Notes: generated by a model from the letters alone, not told the origin. A stretch of 64,000 nt of DNA from Hyphomicrobiales bacterium (GCA_022838525.1 JALHFU010000002.1:8894-72893); one strand, 5' to 3'; positions 37,864 to 48,404 are shown, counted from the first letter of the stretch. Numbers and translations are program-made.

Positions 37864-38445
37864 CTACCGCTCGATCGTGCCGGTACGGCGGATCTTCTTC
37901 TGGAGCAGAAGAATGCCGTAGAGCAGCGCCTCGGCGGTGGGCGGACAGCCGGGGACGTAGATGTCGACCGGCACGATGCGGTCGCAGCCGCGCACCACCG
38001 AATAGGAATAGTGATAGTAGCCGCCGCCATTGGCGCACGAGCCCATGGAGATGACGTAGCGCGGCTCCGGCATCTGGTCGTAGACCTTGCGCAGCGCGGG
38101 CGCCATCTTGTTGGTCAGCGTGCCGGCGACGATCATCACGTCGGACTGGCGCGGCGAGCCGCGCGGCGCGATGCCGAAGCGCTCGCTGTCGTAGTGCGGC
38201 ATGGCCGAATGGATCATCTCCACCGCGCAGCACGCGAGACCGAACGTCATGTACATCAGCGAGCCGGTGCGCGCCCAGGTGATGAGCGCTTCCGACGAGG
38301 TGACGAGGAATCCCTTGTCCGACAGCTCGTCGTTCAGGTCGCCGAAGAAACGGTCGTCCGCGCCGACCGGCTTGCCGGTATTCGGGTCGATGATACCCTT
38401 GGGCCTGGGGGCCACGAGGGTCCGGGAGGTGTCGTTCAATCCCAT
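37864..38445 (-). CDS. nuoB: NADH-quinone oxidoreductase subunit B
   Basis: [26 protein letters not shown]. Confidence 0.98.
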   Translation of the reverse strand: MGLNDTSRTLVAPRPKGIIDPNTGKPVGADDRFFGDLNDELSDKGFLVTSSEALITWARTGSLMYMTFGLACCAVEMIHSAMPHYDSERFGIAPRGSPRQSDVMIVAGTLTNKMAPALRKVYDQMPEPRYVISMGSCANGGGYYHYSYSVVRGCDRIVPVDIYVPGCPPTAEALLYGILLLQKKIRRTGTIER

Positions 38446-38801
38446 TCCAGCGCGCCCTTCTTCCATTCGTAGATGAAGCCGATCGTCAGCACGCCGAGGA
38501 ACACCATCATCGACCAGAAGCCGAACCAGCCGATGTCGCCGAACGACACCGCCCACGGGAACAGGAAGGCCACTTCGAGATCGAAGATGATGAACAGGAT
38601 CGCGACCAGATAGAAGCGGACGTCGAACTTCATGCGCGCGTCGTCGAACGCGTTGAAGCCGCACTCGTAGGCCGAAAGCTTCTCGGGGTCGGGGTCGCTG
38701 TAGGCGACGATGAACGGCGCCACGATCAGAGCGACACCGACGACGAGCGCCACACCGATGAAGATCACGATGGGCAGATAGGAACCGAGTAGCTCGCTCA
38801 T
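38436..38801 (-). CDS. nuoA: NADH-quinone oxidoreductase subunit A
   Basis: [26 protein letters not shown]. Confidence 0.98.
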   Translation of the reverse strand: MSELLGSYLPIVIFIGVALVVGVALIVAPFIVAYSDPDPEKLSAYECGFNAFDDARMKFDVRFYLVAILFIIFDLEVAFLFPWAVSFGDIGWFGFWSMMVFLGVLTIGFIYEWKKGALEWD

Positions 38802-38983
38802 GGTCATTTCCGTTGGCTTGCCGACGTTCCGCCGCGATGGGCACTATAGCACCGAAACGGGAAGCGCGACCGCGACAGAATTTCCCGCCGGCCCCCGCGC
38901 GGCGCAGGCTTGCTGCGACGCGGCGAGGGTTAGCGCAGGCGCTTGCGCGAAGCAAGTCAAACATTGCCGATGCTTGCGCTGCG

Positions 38984-39319
38984 TCAACCGCCGAGCGGCA
39001 GCGCAAACGGCGCTCCCTCGAACGCATCCGCGCCGCGACCGATCGCCGCGACGGCCGCGACCATCCGTCCCTCCCGGCCGAGAAGCGCGTCGGCATGCCG
39101 CACGAGGCCGGGATTGGGGGTGGCCGAGGGCGAGACGAGGCGCAGCGTCCACGCGAGTTCCGCCTCGTCGCGCTCGGGCCTCAGCGCCGCCGCCACGATA
39201 AAGGCCGCGGCGGTGGAGCGGCTGATGCCCGCATAGCAGTTGATGACGAGCGGCCGCGCCCGGTCCCAGTCCTGCGCGAAGCGGATCAGGCTCTCGACAT
39301 GCACCACATGAATGACCAT
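38984..39319 (-). pseudogene. CX5R protein-tyrosine-phosphatase-like gene (COG5350-type), apparently with an internal in-frame deletion
   Basis: CYAGISRS P-loop and SPSATPN...[11 protein letters not shown] family motifs, but only 111 aa; the N-terminal MVIHV runs straight into HVESLIRF. Confidence 0.65.
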
Positions 39320-39365
39320 TCCTGCCTTCCTCGTTCGGCGGGCGGTCTCGTTCCGACGGGTAACC

Positions 39366-39390
39366 GTACGCCGCGTTCATACCCCGTTCA
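39366..39390 (+). promoter_or_regulatory. GTAC-N5-GTTCA-N6-GTTCA regulator site
   Basis: GTTC at 39375 and 39386 (11-bp period) upstream of TATGAT/GATATA; same architecture as the site at 2361. Confidence 0.5.
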
Positions 39391-39443
39391 TTGCACGGCT
39401 ATGATATAGGGCGCAAACTTCGCACAGGAAGGGAGCAGCCACC

Positions 39444-40226
39444 GTGTCCACCACCCTTGCCAGCCGCCGCGGCTTCATGCTTGCGACCATCGCCTCGGCC
39501 GCGATGCTCGCTGCCGGGTACGCCCGGGCCGACGGAGGCGAGCCGATGCTGACCATCACGGGTGAAGTCACCTATCTGCAGCGCATCGCCCTGCCCGACG
39601 ATGCCGTCGCCGTCGTCGAGATCAAGCCCGACGATGCCGCCGACGGCGATCCCGTCACGGCCGAGACGCGCACCGAGCTCGAGGGCAGGCAGGTTCCCGT
39701 TCCCTTCACGCTCGAGGTGCCGCGCGCCCATCTCGACGCCGGCAAGAGCTACGTCCTGCGCGGCGGCATCCTGGTCGCCGCGGAAATGCGCTGGCTCAGC
39801 GACCCGGTGCCGGTCGACGTCGCCGAAACGACGCTCGACGTCGGCACGCTCACGCTCTCTCCCTACGAGGCGCCGCCGCCGTTCGAGATCGACGGCAAGG
39901 AGCTTCTCGCGGGCGAATGGCGCATCGTCGAGGTCGGCGGGCGCGCCGTTCCCGCCGACATCCCGGCGACCATCGCCTTCGGCGAGGACGGCGCCTTCTC
40001 CGGCAGACTGTGCAACTCCTATCGCGGCTCCTACACCGTCGAGGGCGCCGAAATCTCCTTCGGCAGGGCCGCCGCGACGCTGATGGCCTGCCCGGAGCCG
40101 CAGGCGACCCACGAGCGGGCGCTGTTCGCGGCGTTCGAGACGGCGACCGGATACAGCGTCGGGCAGGACGGCACGGTCGTGTTCGTCGACGGCGACGGCA
40201 GGACGCTTCTGCGGGCCACGCGGTAG
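39444..40226 (+). CDS. Exported YbaY-like + META (HslJ) domain protein
   Basis: [17 protein letters not shown]...QVPVPF (YbaY); [21 protein letters not shown] (META); SRRGFM Tat motif. Confidence 0.88.
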   Translation: MSTTLASRRGFMLATIASAAMLAAGYARADGGEPMLTITGEVTYLQRIALPDDAVAVVEIKPDDAADGDPVTAETRTELEGRQVPVPFTLEVPRAHLDAGKSYVLRGGILVAAEMRWLSDPVPVDVAETTLDVGTLTLSPYEAPPPFEIDGKELLAGEWRIVEVGGRAVPADIPATIAFGEDGAFSGRLCNSYRGSYTVEGAEISFGRAAATLMACPEPQATHERALFAAFETATGYSVGQDGTVVFVDGDGRTLLRATR

Positions 40227-40363
40227 CCGCTGCACGCGGCCGTTCCGGCGGGCGGATCGCTTGCGTCCTGGCGCAAGCGATTGTCGCCTGCGTGCCCGCC
40301 CGCCGCATTGACAACGCCCTCCCGTTCGGTTCCGCTGGCGCGCCACGCAGGAAGGCGCAGGAC

Positions 40364-41668
40364 ATGCCCAAGACCGACATCGCCCGCAGGGTCTACAACC
40401 ACACCTGGAAGCTCGATCCGATCGTGCGCAGCCTGCTCGATACGGATTTCTACAAGCTTCTGATGCTGCAGATGATCTGGGGCGTCTACCGCGACGTCGA
40501 CGCCACCTTCTCGCTCATCAACCGGGCGAAGTCCGTGCGCCTCGCCGACGAGATCGAGGAGCAGGAGCTGCGCGCCCAGCTCGACCACGCCCGCACGCTG
40601 CGCTTCACCAAGAAGGAGATGATCTGGCTCGCGGGCAACACCTTCTACGGCCGCAAGCAGATATTCGATCCCGACTTCCTCGCCTGGCTGGAAGGCTTCC
40701 GCCTGCCGGAATACGAGCTTTTCAAGCGCGACGGGCAGTACGAGCTGCATTTCCACGGCCGCTGGCACGACACCACGATGTGGGAGATCCCGGCGCTCGC
40801 CATCATCAACGAGCTGCGCAGCAGAGCGGCGCTGAAGTCGATGGGGCCGTTCGCGCTCGACGTCACCTATGCCCGCGCCAAGGCCAAGGTGTGGGAGAAG
40901 GTCGAGCGGCTGAAGAAATATCCCGACCTGCGCATCTCGGACTTCGGCACGCGCCGCCGCCACTCCTTCCTGTGGCAGCGCTGGTGCGTCGAGGCGCTGA
41001 AGGAAGGCATCGGCGAATCCTTCACCGGCACGTCGAACGTGCTGCTCGCCATGGACACCGATCTCGAGGCGCTCGGCACCAACGCGCACGAGCTGCCGAT
41101 GGTGCTGGCCGCGCTCACCAACACCGACGAGGAGCTCCGCGCCTCGCCCTACCGCGTCCTGCAGGACTGGCAGCGCTACTATGGCGGCAACCTCCTGATC
41201 GTGCTGCCGGACGCCTTCGGCACCGCCTCCTTCCTGCGCGACGCGCCGGACTGGGTGGCCGACTGGACCGGCTTCCGCCCCGACAGCGCGCCGCCGATCG
41301 AGGGCGGCGAGCGCATCATCGAATGGTGGCGCGCGCACGGCCGCGACCCGCAGGAGAAGCTGCTGATCTTCTCCGACGGGCTCGACGTCGACACCATCGA
41401 AGAGGCCTATCTGCATTTCCGCGGCAAGGTGCGCATGGCCTTCGGCTGGGGCACCAACCTCACCAACGACTTCAAGGACTGCGCGCCGGACAGGAACGAC
41501 GCGCTCAAGGCGATCTCGCTCGTCTGCAAGGTCACCAGCGCCAACGGCCGGCCGGCGGTGAAGCTCTCCGACAATCCGGAGAAGGCGACCGGCGACCCGG
41601 CGGAGATCGCCCGCTATCTCAGGGTGTTCGGCGAGGAGGCGCGGGTGCGCCAGCCGGTCGAGGTCTGA
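40364..41668 (+). CDS. pncB: Nicotinate phosphoribosyltransferase
   Basis: [41 protein letters not shown]. Confidence 0.97.
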   Translation: MPKTDIARRVYNHTWKLDPIVRSLLDTDFYKLLMLQMIWGVYRDVDATFSLINRAKSVRLADEIEEQELRAQLDHARTLRFTKKEMIWLAGNTFYGRKQIFDPDFLAWLEGFRLPEYELFKRDGQYELHFHGRWHDTTMWEIPALAIINELRSRAALKSMGPFALDVTYARAKAKVWEKVERLKKYPDLRISDFGTRRRHSFLWQRWCVEALKEGIGESFTGTSNVLLAMDTDLEALGTNAHELPMVLAALTNTDEELRASPYRVLQDWQRYYGGNLLIVLPDAFGTASFLRDAPDWVADWTGFRPDSAPPIEGGERIIEWWRAHGRDPQEKLLIFSDGLDVDTIEEAYLHFRGKVRMAFGWGTNLTNDFKDCAPDRNDALKAISLVCKVTSANGRPAVKLSDNPEKATGDPAEIARYLRVFGEEARVRQPVEV

Positions 41669-41787
41669 CGCCCTCGCCCGCCGCGTCGCCGCGATCCCGC
41701 TTTCTTGCGCCTTGGCGCGCCGCTATGCTGCCTGCGGCCAGCGCCGCGCATCGTGCCGCGGCCGCCATGACGAGGGAGACCGCCCAC

Positions 41788-42126
41788 ATGCGCATCGGTG
41801 CCGCTGCAACGATCCTGTTCCTTGCCCTGCCGGCGACGGCCTCGGCCGGCTGCTTCGAGAATCTCGGCACCACCGGCTGCACCCATCTCGAGACCTTCGG
41901 CCGCGACGATCTGCGCGGGCTGTCGTGCCAGAACCTCTGGTACGTGCGCAACTCGATCTACAACGACAACGGCTACTGCTTCAAAACGCAGGCGGCGAAG
42001 GCGGAGTTCGACAATTCCGACTGCTATGTCCGCGATACGGGCAAGCTGCGCTTCAACAGGCACGAGCAGGCCAATATCGACAACATCGTGCGCGTCGAGA
42101 AGGAAAAGGGCTGCCGAGCGCCCTGA
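41788..42126 (+). CDS. Secreted YARHG-domain protein
   Basis: Signal peptide; LSCQNLWYVRNSIYNDNGYCF...EQANI. Confidence 0.85.
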   Translation: MRIGAAATILFLALPATASAGCFENLGTTGCTHLETFGRDDLRGLSCQNLWYVRNSIYNDNGYCFKTQAAKAEFDNSDCYVRDTGKLRFNRHEQANIDNIVRVEKEKGCRAP

Positions 42127-42147
42127 GCGGGCGGCCTGCCCTCTCCC

Positions 42148-42978
42148 TCAGGCGGGGTCCCACTCGGGCGAGAAATCGTAGTCGCAGATGCGGTTTGCGG
42201 CGGCACCGAGCGCCGATATCGCCGCCATCTCCGCCTCCGACAGCGCGAAATCGAAGATCGCCGCGTTCTCGGTCAGCCGCTCCTTGCGGCTGGTGCGCGG
42301 GATGGCGACCGTGCCGGGCTGCTGGACGTGCCAGCGCAGCACGATCTGCCCCGGCGTCCTGCCATGCGCGCGTGCGGCCTCGACGATGACCGGCTCCTGC
42401 AGCAGCCCGCCGCCGCGATGGAGCGGGCAGTAGCCGACGAGCGCCATGCCCGCCGCCTCGCAGACGGCGCGCACCTTGCTCTGGTCGAGATAGGGATGGT
42501 GCTCGACCTGGTTGGCGACCAGCGGCGCGTCGGAAAGGGCGATCGCCTCCCTGAGCAGCGCGGTCGGGAAGTTCGAGACGCCGATGTGGCGGGCAAGCCC
42601 CTCCTCCCGCGTCCTGTTGAGCGCGGCGACGGTCTCGGCGAGCGGGATCGCCGGGTTCGGCCAGTGGATCAGGAGCAGGTCGACGGCGTCGAGCCCGAGG
42701 CGGGAAAGGCTCGCCTCGGCCGAGCGGCGGAGATCAGCTGCGCCGAGATCGGTCCACCACACCTTGGTCGTGACGAACACGGCGTCGCGGGCGACGCCCG
42801 AGGCGCGAAGCCCCTCGCCGACGGCCTCCTCGTTGCCGTAGGCCGCCGCGGTGTCGACATGGCGGTAGCCGACGCGCAGCGCCTCCGCGACGAGCCCGGA
42901 ACATTCCTTGCCCTTGAGCGTCCAGGTGCCGAGACCGAGTGCCGGAATGGATGCGCCGTTCGCCTCCACGCTGTGCAT
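42148..42978 (-). CDS. Aldo/keto reductase (2,5-DKG reductase-like)
   Basis: LGLGTW, GYRHVDTAAAYGNE, LLIHWP, IGVSNF. Confidence 0.95.
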   Translation of the reverse strand: MHSVEANGASIPALGLGTWTLKGKECSGLVAEALRVGYRHVDTAAAYGNEEAVGEGLRASGVARDAVFVTTKVWWTDLGAADLRRSAEASLSRLGLDAVDLLLIHWPNPAIPLAETVAALNRTREEGLARHIGVSNFPTALLREAIALSDAPLVANQVEHHPYLDQSKVRAVCEAAGMALVGYCPLHRGGGLLQEPVIVEAARAHGRTPGQIVLRWHVQQPGTVAIPRTSRKERLTENAAIFDFALSEAEMAAISALGAAANRICDYDFSPEWDPA

Positions 42979-43048
42979 GGCGTCTTCCTTTCAGGTTTGG
43001 TGAGCCGGGCCGGTTTCATGCTATCGAAACGGGCGATGGCGGGCGAGG

Positions 43049-44062
43049 TTGAGTCGGAAGAAACTAGTGCAGCGATCCGCGAACCACAAACCCCGTCTTG
43101 AGGCGATCGATCTGGCGCGCGGCGCGGCGCTCATCGCCATGGCGGTCTACCATTTCACCTGGGACCTCGAATTCTTCGGCTACGCGCCGCCGGGCATGAC
43201 GGCCGAAGGCGGCTGGCGGCTGTTCGCCCGCGGCATCGCCACGAGCTTCCTGTTCCTCGTCGGCGTGAGCCTGTGGCTGGCCCACGGGCGCGACATACGG
43301 GTCGGGCCGTTCCTGAAACGGCTGGCGATGGTGGCCGGGGCGGCGGCGGCGATTTCCCTCGCCACCTGGCTCGCTGTGCCGGGCGCCTTCATCTTCTTCG
43401 GCATCCTGCACCAGATCGCGCTCGCGAGCGTGCTCGGCCTCGCCTTCCTGCGGCTGCCGGCTCCCGTCACCCTCGCTGCGGCCGTTTTCGTCGCGGTGGC
43501 GCCGCAATTCCTGCGCTCGACCGCCTTCGACCATCCGGCGCTTTGGTGGGTGGGGCTGTCGAGCGTCAATCCGCGCTCCAACGATTACGTGCCGCTCTTC
43601 CCGTGGTTCGCGGCGGTGCTTGCCGGCATCGCGGCGGCGCGCATGGCGGAGGCGGCGGGCCTGTTCCGGCGGCTGGGCGGGCTTTCGCTCGCCCGCTGGA
43701 CGCGGCCGCTGCAATGGGCAGGCCGGCACAGCCTCGCCGTCTACCTTGTCCATCAGCCGGTGCTGATCGCCGGGCTGTGGCTCTACGCGCAGGCGCTGCC
43801 CGCGGCCGAGGCGCCGCGCGACGCCCAGTTCACCCGGGCCTGCATCGCCCAATGCGAGGCCACGCACGACGCCGCCTTCTGCGGCCACTACTGCGTCTGC
43901 GTCCTCGAGGAGATCACCGCCGAGGGCCGGTTCGACGAGGTCTATGCCGGCACGCCCAGCGACGAGACGTCGCAGCGCTTGCAGGAAATCGTCTCGGCGT
44001 GCACTTTCGACGCCGAGCTTGCCGGCGCCGCGACGGAAGGCGCCGGAAAGGAGGGGGAATGA
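43049..44062 (+). CDS. DUF1624 / HGSNAT-like membrane acyltransferase
   Basis: RLEAIDLARG, FFGILHQIA, NDYVPLFPW, GRHSLAVYLVHQP; Cys-rich C-terminal tail. Confidence 0.85.
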   Translation: MSRKKLVQRSANHKPRLEAIDLARGAALIAMAVYHFTWDLEFFGYAPPGMTAEGGWRLFARGIATSFLFLVGVSLWLAHGRDIRVGPFLKRLAMVAGAAAAISLATWLAVPGAFIFFGILHQIALASVLGLAFLRLPAPVTLAAAVFVAVAPQFLRSTAFDHPALWWVGLSSVNPRSNDYVPLFPWFAAVLAGIAAARMAEAAGLFRRLGGLSLARWTRPLQWAGRHSLAVYLVHQPVLIAGLWLYAQALPAAEAPRDAQFTRACIAQCEATHDAAFCGHYCVCVLEEITAEGRFDEVYAGTPSDETSQRLQEIVSACTFDAELAGAATEGAGKEGE

Positions 44063-44535
44063 GCACGATCCAGGACAGGCCCAACACGCTGCCGTGGCCG
44101 CCGATGATCTACATCGCGGCGGCCGCGCTCGCCATCGTCCTCCACTGGCTGTTGCCGCTGCCGTGGGTGCCGGGGCCGTTCGGCGAGTTCCTGTTCGCGG
44201 TCGGCTGGCTGGTGGTGGCGGGTGCGATCGCCATCGACATCGCCGCCATGCGCGCGATGAGCCGGGCGAAGACCACCATCATGCCGCACAAGGGCTCCGA
44301 CCATCTGGTGACGGGAGGGCCGTTCTCGTTCACGCGCAACCCGATCTATGTCGGCAACACGATGCTGATGCTCGGCATCGGGCTGATCTCCGGCATCGTG
44401 TGGTTCCTGCTCCTCGCCCCGGTCGCCGCCTACGCCACGACCAAGCTCGCCATCGAGCGCGAGGAAAGGCATCTCGAGGCCCGGTTCGGCAAGAAGTATC
44501 GCGACTACACGAAGAAGGTGCGCCGCTGGCTGTGA
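44059..44535 (+). CDS. Isoprenylcysteine carboxyl methyltransferase (ICMT/PEMT) family protein
   Basis: LVTGGPFSFTRNPIYVG, EERHLEARFG..Y..Y...VRRW. Confidence 0.92.
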   Translation: MSTIQDRPNTLPWPPMIYIAAAALAIVLHWLLPLPWVPGPFGEFLFAVGWLVVAGAIAIDIAAMRAMSRAKTTIMPHKGSDHLVTGGPFSFTRNPIYVGNTMLMLGIGLISGIVWFLLLAPVAAYATTKLAIEREERHLEARFGKKYRDYTKKVRRWL

Positions 44536-44562
44536 GGCTGCGGCAGCCCGCCTCCATCCCGC

Positions 44563-44949
44563 TCAGGTGTTGACGCCCAGCTCCGCCAGCCGCTCGACGC
44601 AGGCTTCCTCGGCATTGTCGAGCTCGGCCAGCGTCTCCTCGAGGTCGCGGCGCTTCTGGCGCAGGTCGTCGCGCTTCTCCTCGATGCGCTTGATCATCAG
44701 CTTGAGCTGGCCGACCTCGCCGGGCGGCTCCTTGTACATCTGGATGATCTCGCGGATCTCGTTGATCGAGAAGCCGAGGCGCTTGCCGCGCATGATCTGC
44801 TTGATCAGGTGGCGGTCGGACGGGCGGAACAGGCGCGTGCGCCCGCGCCGCAGCGGGGCGATCAGCCCCTCGTCCTCGTAGAAGCGCAGCGTGCGCGTCG
44901 AGATGTCGAACTCGCGGGTGAGTTCGGTGATGCTGTAATATTCCCGCAT
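44563..44949 (-). CDS. liuR: MerR-family transcriptional regulator, LiuR-like
   Basis: YSITELTREFDISTRTLRFYEDEGL, RGKRLGFSINEI; upstream LiuR-type palindrome. Confidence 0.85.
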   Translation of the reverse strand: MREYYSITELTREFDISTRTLRFYEDEGLIAPLRRGRTRLFRPSDRHLIKQIMRGKRLGFSINEIREIIQMYKEPPGEVGQLKLMIKRIEEKRDDLRQKRRDLEETLAELDNAEEACVERLAELGVNT

Positions 44950-44992
44950 AGCGGCATCCCGTCATGAATCTGTTACAGGATTTGGCACGGCA

Positions 44993-45008
44993 TTTACGTA
45001 AAAGTCAA
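44993..45008. promoter_or_regulatory. LiuR operator (autoregulatory)
   Basis: TTTACGTAAAAGTCAA, close to the TTKACGT-NN-ACGTMAA LiuR consensus. Confidence 0.7.
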
Positions 45009-45083
45009 TTCACGACGTGACCGAAAGCAAATCCAGGCGGCATTGCGATGCCGTGCCGATGGCGGACGGAAGGGTCTCGCCGG

Positions 45084-46541
45084 CTAAAGAAGCCCGAACC
45101 ACCAGGTCGCGAGGCCGAGAAAGGCGAAGAAGCCGACCACGTCGGTTATGGTGGTGACGAAGACGGCGGAGGCGACCGCTGGGTCGGCGCCGAAGCGGTC
45201 GAGGAGCAGCGGGATCAGGATTCCCGCCAGCGCCGCCACCAGCAGGTTGATGACCATCGCCGTCGCGATGATGCCGCCGAGCTGCGGGCTGTCGAACCAG
45301 AAGCCGGCGACGATGCCGATCAGCGTGGCGAAGATCGCGCCGTTCAGGAGCCCCACCCCGATCTCTCGACGGATGATGCGGCCGGCATTGTAGATGTCGA
45401 GATCCTTGGTCGCGAGCGCGCGCACGGTCACCGTCATGGTCTGCGAGCCGGCGTTGCCGCCCATGCCGGCGACGATGGGCATCAGGATGGCCAGCGCCAC
45501 GATCTCCTGGATCGTGGCGTCGAACAGGCCGATCACCGAGGCGGCGAGGAAGGCCATGACGAGGTTGACCATCAGCCACGGCACGCGCGAGCGCGAGGTG
45601 GCGAGCACGCTGTCGGACAGCTCCTCGTCGCCGACGCCGCCGAGGCGCATCAGGTCCTCCTCGGCCTCCTGCTGGATGACGTCGACCACGTCGTCGATGG
45701 TCAGCACGCCGACGAGGCGGTCGTTCTCGTCGACGACGGCGGCGGAGAGAAGGTCGTACTGCTCGAACTCGTGCGCCGCGTCCTCCTGGTCCATGGTGGC
45801 CGGGATGGCATGGCGCGTCTCATGCATGATCTCCTCGATCCTGACGCTGCGCTGGGTGCGCAGGATGCGGTCGAGATCGACGGCGCCGAGCAGCCGGAAG
45901 GTCGGATCGATGACGAACACCTGCGAGAAGGAGTCGGGCAGGTTCTTGTCCTCGCGCATGTAGTCGATGGTCTGGCCGACGGTCCAGAACGGCGGCACGG
46001 CGACGAACTCGGTCTGCATGCGCCGGCCGGCGCTTTCCTCCGGATAGTCGAGCGCGCGGCGCAGCCTGATGCGTTCGGTGAAGGGAAGCTGGGCCAGGAT
46101 CTCTTCGCGATCCTCCTGGTCCATGTCCTCCAGGATGTAGACCGCGTCGTCGGAATCGAGCTCCTGCACGGCCTGGGCGATCTGCTCGTTGGGCAGCGCC
46201 TCGACGATGTCGAGACGGATCGCCTCGTCGACCTCGGTCAGCGCCGAGAAGTCGAAGTCCTTGCCCATGAGATCGACCAGCGCGTGCCGCTGCTCGGGCA
46301 GCAGCGCCTCGAGCAGGTCGCCGACCTCGGATTCGTGCAGCGCGCCGACGTCCTTCCTGAGCGTCAGCGTGTCGCGGTCGGCGATGGCGGCGCCGATATG
46401 GGCGAGGAAGGACGGCCGCACCGCGCCCGTGGCCTCGTCGTAGATCGAGGCGGCCGCGTCGGCGGCGACGCCGTCGCCGCGGGTCTTTTCGTCGCTGGTG
46501 CCGCCGGTGTCGCCCGGCCGGTCATGCTGATCTTCCAACAT
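45084..46541 (-). CDS. mgtE: Magnesium transporter MgtE
   Basis: Acidic N-domain, CBS pair, PIVAGMGGNAGSQ, DPAVASAVFVTTITDVVG. Confidence 0.97.
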   Translation of the reverse strand: MLEDQHDRPGDTGGTSDEKTRGDGVAADAAASIYDEATGAVRPSFLAHIGAAIADRDTLTLRKDVGALHESEVGDLLEALLPEQRHALVDLMGKDFDFSALTEVDEAIRLDIVEALPNEQIAQAVQELDSDDAVYILEDMDQEDREEILAQLPFTERIRLRRALDYPEESAGRRMQTEFVAVPPFWTVGQTIDYMREDKNLPDSFSQVFVIDPTFRLLGAVDLDRILRTQRSVRIEEIMHETRHAIPATMDQEDAAHEFEQYDLLSAAVVDENDRLVGVLTIDDVVDVIQQEAEEDLMRLGGVGDEELSDSVLATSRSRVPWLMVNLVMAFLAASVIGLFDATIQEIVALAILMPIVAGMGGNAGSQTMTVTVRALATKDLDIYNAGRIIRREIGVGLLNGAIFATLIGIVAGFWFDSPQLGGIIATAMVINLLVAALAGILIPLLLDRFGADPAVASAVFVTTITDVVGFFAFLGLATWWFGLL

Positions 46542-46680
46542 CGCCTCCCGTGCCGGCTCCGGTGATCGGTCAGGTGTCTAGCCTGCCTGTTTGACGAAGA
46601 TAAAACGATTCGCGAAGGCGGTTCCCATAACGCGATTGCCGTGACGAGAACGCCCGAGAAACGATGCGGTTGCGCCGAAA

Positions 46681-47208
46681 TCAGGCTTGCGAAAGGCCGG
46701 CCTTGAAGCGCCTCGCATTGACGACGTAGACCTGCGCCGACATGCGCAGGCGCTCGATGGCGGCGCCGTCGAGTTCGCGCACCACCTTCGCGGGCGACCC
46801 GACGATCAAGGAATTGTCGGGAAACTCCTTGCCCTCCGTCACCAGCGCGCCGGCGCCGACGAGGCAGTTCCTGCCGATCCTCGCGCCGTTGAGCACGATG
46901 GCGCCCATGCCGATCAGCGAGTTGTCGCCGACGGTACAGCCGTGGAGCATGGCGCGATGGCCGACGGTGCAGCCCTCGCCCACCGTCAGGGCGAAGCCCG
47001 GATCGGTGTGCATGACGGTGTGCTCCTGCACGTTGGAGCGCGCGCCGATGGTGATGCGCTCGTTGTCGCCGCGCAGCACCGCGCCGAACCAGATGCCGAC
47101 CTCGCTGCCGAGCGACACCTTGCCGATGACATGGGCGTCGGGGGCGATCCAGATGCTGTCCTCGTCCGCGAGCTGCGGGGCGATTCCGTCGAGCGAATAG
47201 ACCGGCAT
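46681..47208 (-). CDS. Gamma carbonic anhydrase family protein
   Basis: [32 protein letters not shown]; hexapeptide repeats. Confidence 0.93.
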   Translation of the reverse strand: MPVYSLDGIAPQLADEDSIWIAPDAHVIGKVSLGSEVGIWFGAVLRGDNERITIGARSNVQEHTVMHTDPGFALTVGEGCTVGHRAMLHGCTVGDNSLIGMGAIVLNGARIGRNCLVGAGALVTEGKEFPDNSLIVGSPAKVVRELDGAAIERLRMSAQVYVVNARRFKAGLSQA

Positions 47209-47349
47209 GACGTCACTCTCCTTGGCTGTTCACCCCTCCTTAGAGGGGGCGGACGCGGGAAGGCAAGCCGCGGCCCTGCTTGCCCGCGATATTTACGTCG
47301 CATTTACCATGTCGCGACATTGTCGGGCGGAAGAGACGGAGATCGACCC

Positions 47350-48093
47350 TTGCAGACAGGCGCGGCACAGGCATTGCAGGATGGCGGACCGCGGGTCGTC
47401 CGCTCCGGCTTCCTCGGCCGGATCGCCGTCGTGCTCGGGGCGCTCGCCGCGCTCTCCGTCGGCATCAGCATCGCGGGAAAGTGGGCCGGGCGCGTCATCG
47501 CCATGGGCGGGCACACCGACGACGCGACCGTGCGCGAGATCGTCATCGGCAACGACGTGCTCGCCGTCCCCTCCAACATGATCCGCTTCGAGGCGGCGCG
47601 GCGCAGCGGCGCGGCGAGTCGGCTCGACCTTTATTTGCGCTGGCCGCAGATGGACGGGTACAGCCATGCGGCGCGCGACGCGTTCAACCACGCCGACGGC
47701 GAGAGGAGCATCCTGTTCGTGTCGTTCGAGCCGCGCATGATGTCACGCGACATGAGCGGCCGCTACGAGCCGATCTACCGCGCGCTGATCGAGGAGGAAG
47801 GACGGCCGGGACCGGCGGGCCTCACCGTCCACCGCTTCTCCGAGAAATCCGGCTATGTCGACGAGGTGCTGGTGGTCGCCGAGGCGGAGGGCGGGCAGCC
47901 CTTCGTGATGCGCTGCCTGGCCGGTGCGGCCGCCCGCGAATCGCTGGCACCGTGCGAGCGGGACATCCATGTCGGCGACGGGCTCAACCTCGTCTATCGC
48001 ATGCCGGCGGGGCTTGCCAGCCAGTGGCGCGAGGTGGAGGCGAAGGTCCGCGAGGCTGCGGCGGGCTTCCTGAAAGCGGCTCCCCGCCACTAG
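47350..48093 (+). CDS. Membrane-anchored hypothetical protein
   Basis: Probable TTG start after GGAG; one N-terminal TM helix; genome-typical codon usage; start uncertain. Confidence 0.75.
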   Translation: MQTGAAQALQDGGPRVVRSGFLGRIAVVLGALAALSVGISIAGKWAGRVIAMGGHTDDATVREIVIGNDVLAVPSNMIRFEAARRSGAASRLDLYLRWPQMDGYSHAARDAFNHADGERSILFVSFEPRMMSRDMSGRYEPIYRALIEEEGRPGPAGLTVHRFSEKSGYVDEVLVVAEAEGGQPFVMRCLAGAAARESLAPCERDIHVGDGLNLVYRMPAGLASQWREVEAKVREAAAGFLKAAPRH

Positions 48094-48192
48094 ATCGCTT
48101 CACGGTTTCCGCGAAGCGAAGAAGAGATCCATCTTCCTGTTTTCAAACGATTACGCGGGGAAAGGCGTCTCCCGCCCTCGCCCCGATTGCGC
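48091..48192. repeat. RIME-like element related to the 28981 copy
   Basis: TAGATCGCTTCACGGTTTCCGCG..GATCC..CTGTTTT matches the reverse complement of the 28983-29022 palindrome. Confidence 0.7.
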
Positions 48193-48194
48193 GG

Positions 48195-48404
48195 TCAGTC
48201 GAGATCGACGTCCAGGATGGCCATGGAGAAATTGTAGGACAGGTCGCCGTCGTCGTCGTCCTTGAAGATGATGCCGAGGAACTCCTCGCCGAGGTAGAGC
48301 TCGCACGAATCGTCCTTGCGGGGGCGTGCCTTCACCTGAAGCTGGGGGTTCTGGAACGTACGCTTGAAGTAGGCGTCGAGCTTCCTGATCTCTTCGGGTT
48401 TCAA
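48195..48404 (-). CDS. DUF3126 family protein
   Basis: TTG start after GGAG; EIRKLDAYFKRTF...DDGDLSYNFSMAILDVDL; downstream of cysE as usual in rhizobia. Confidence 0.88.
   Translation of the reverse strand: MKPEEIRKLDAYFKRTFQNPQLQVKARPRKDDSCELYLGEEFLGIIFKDDDDGDLSYNFSMAILDVDLD

Noticed and set aside
47229..47250. CCCCTC-CTTA-GAGGGG hairpin resembling DUF559-associated repeats
   Set aside because: Single short half-element with no partner arm; could simply be promoter or RBS sequence.
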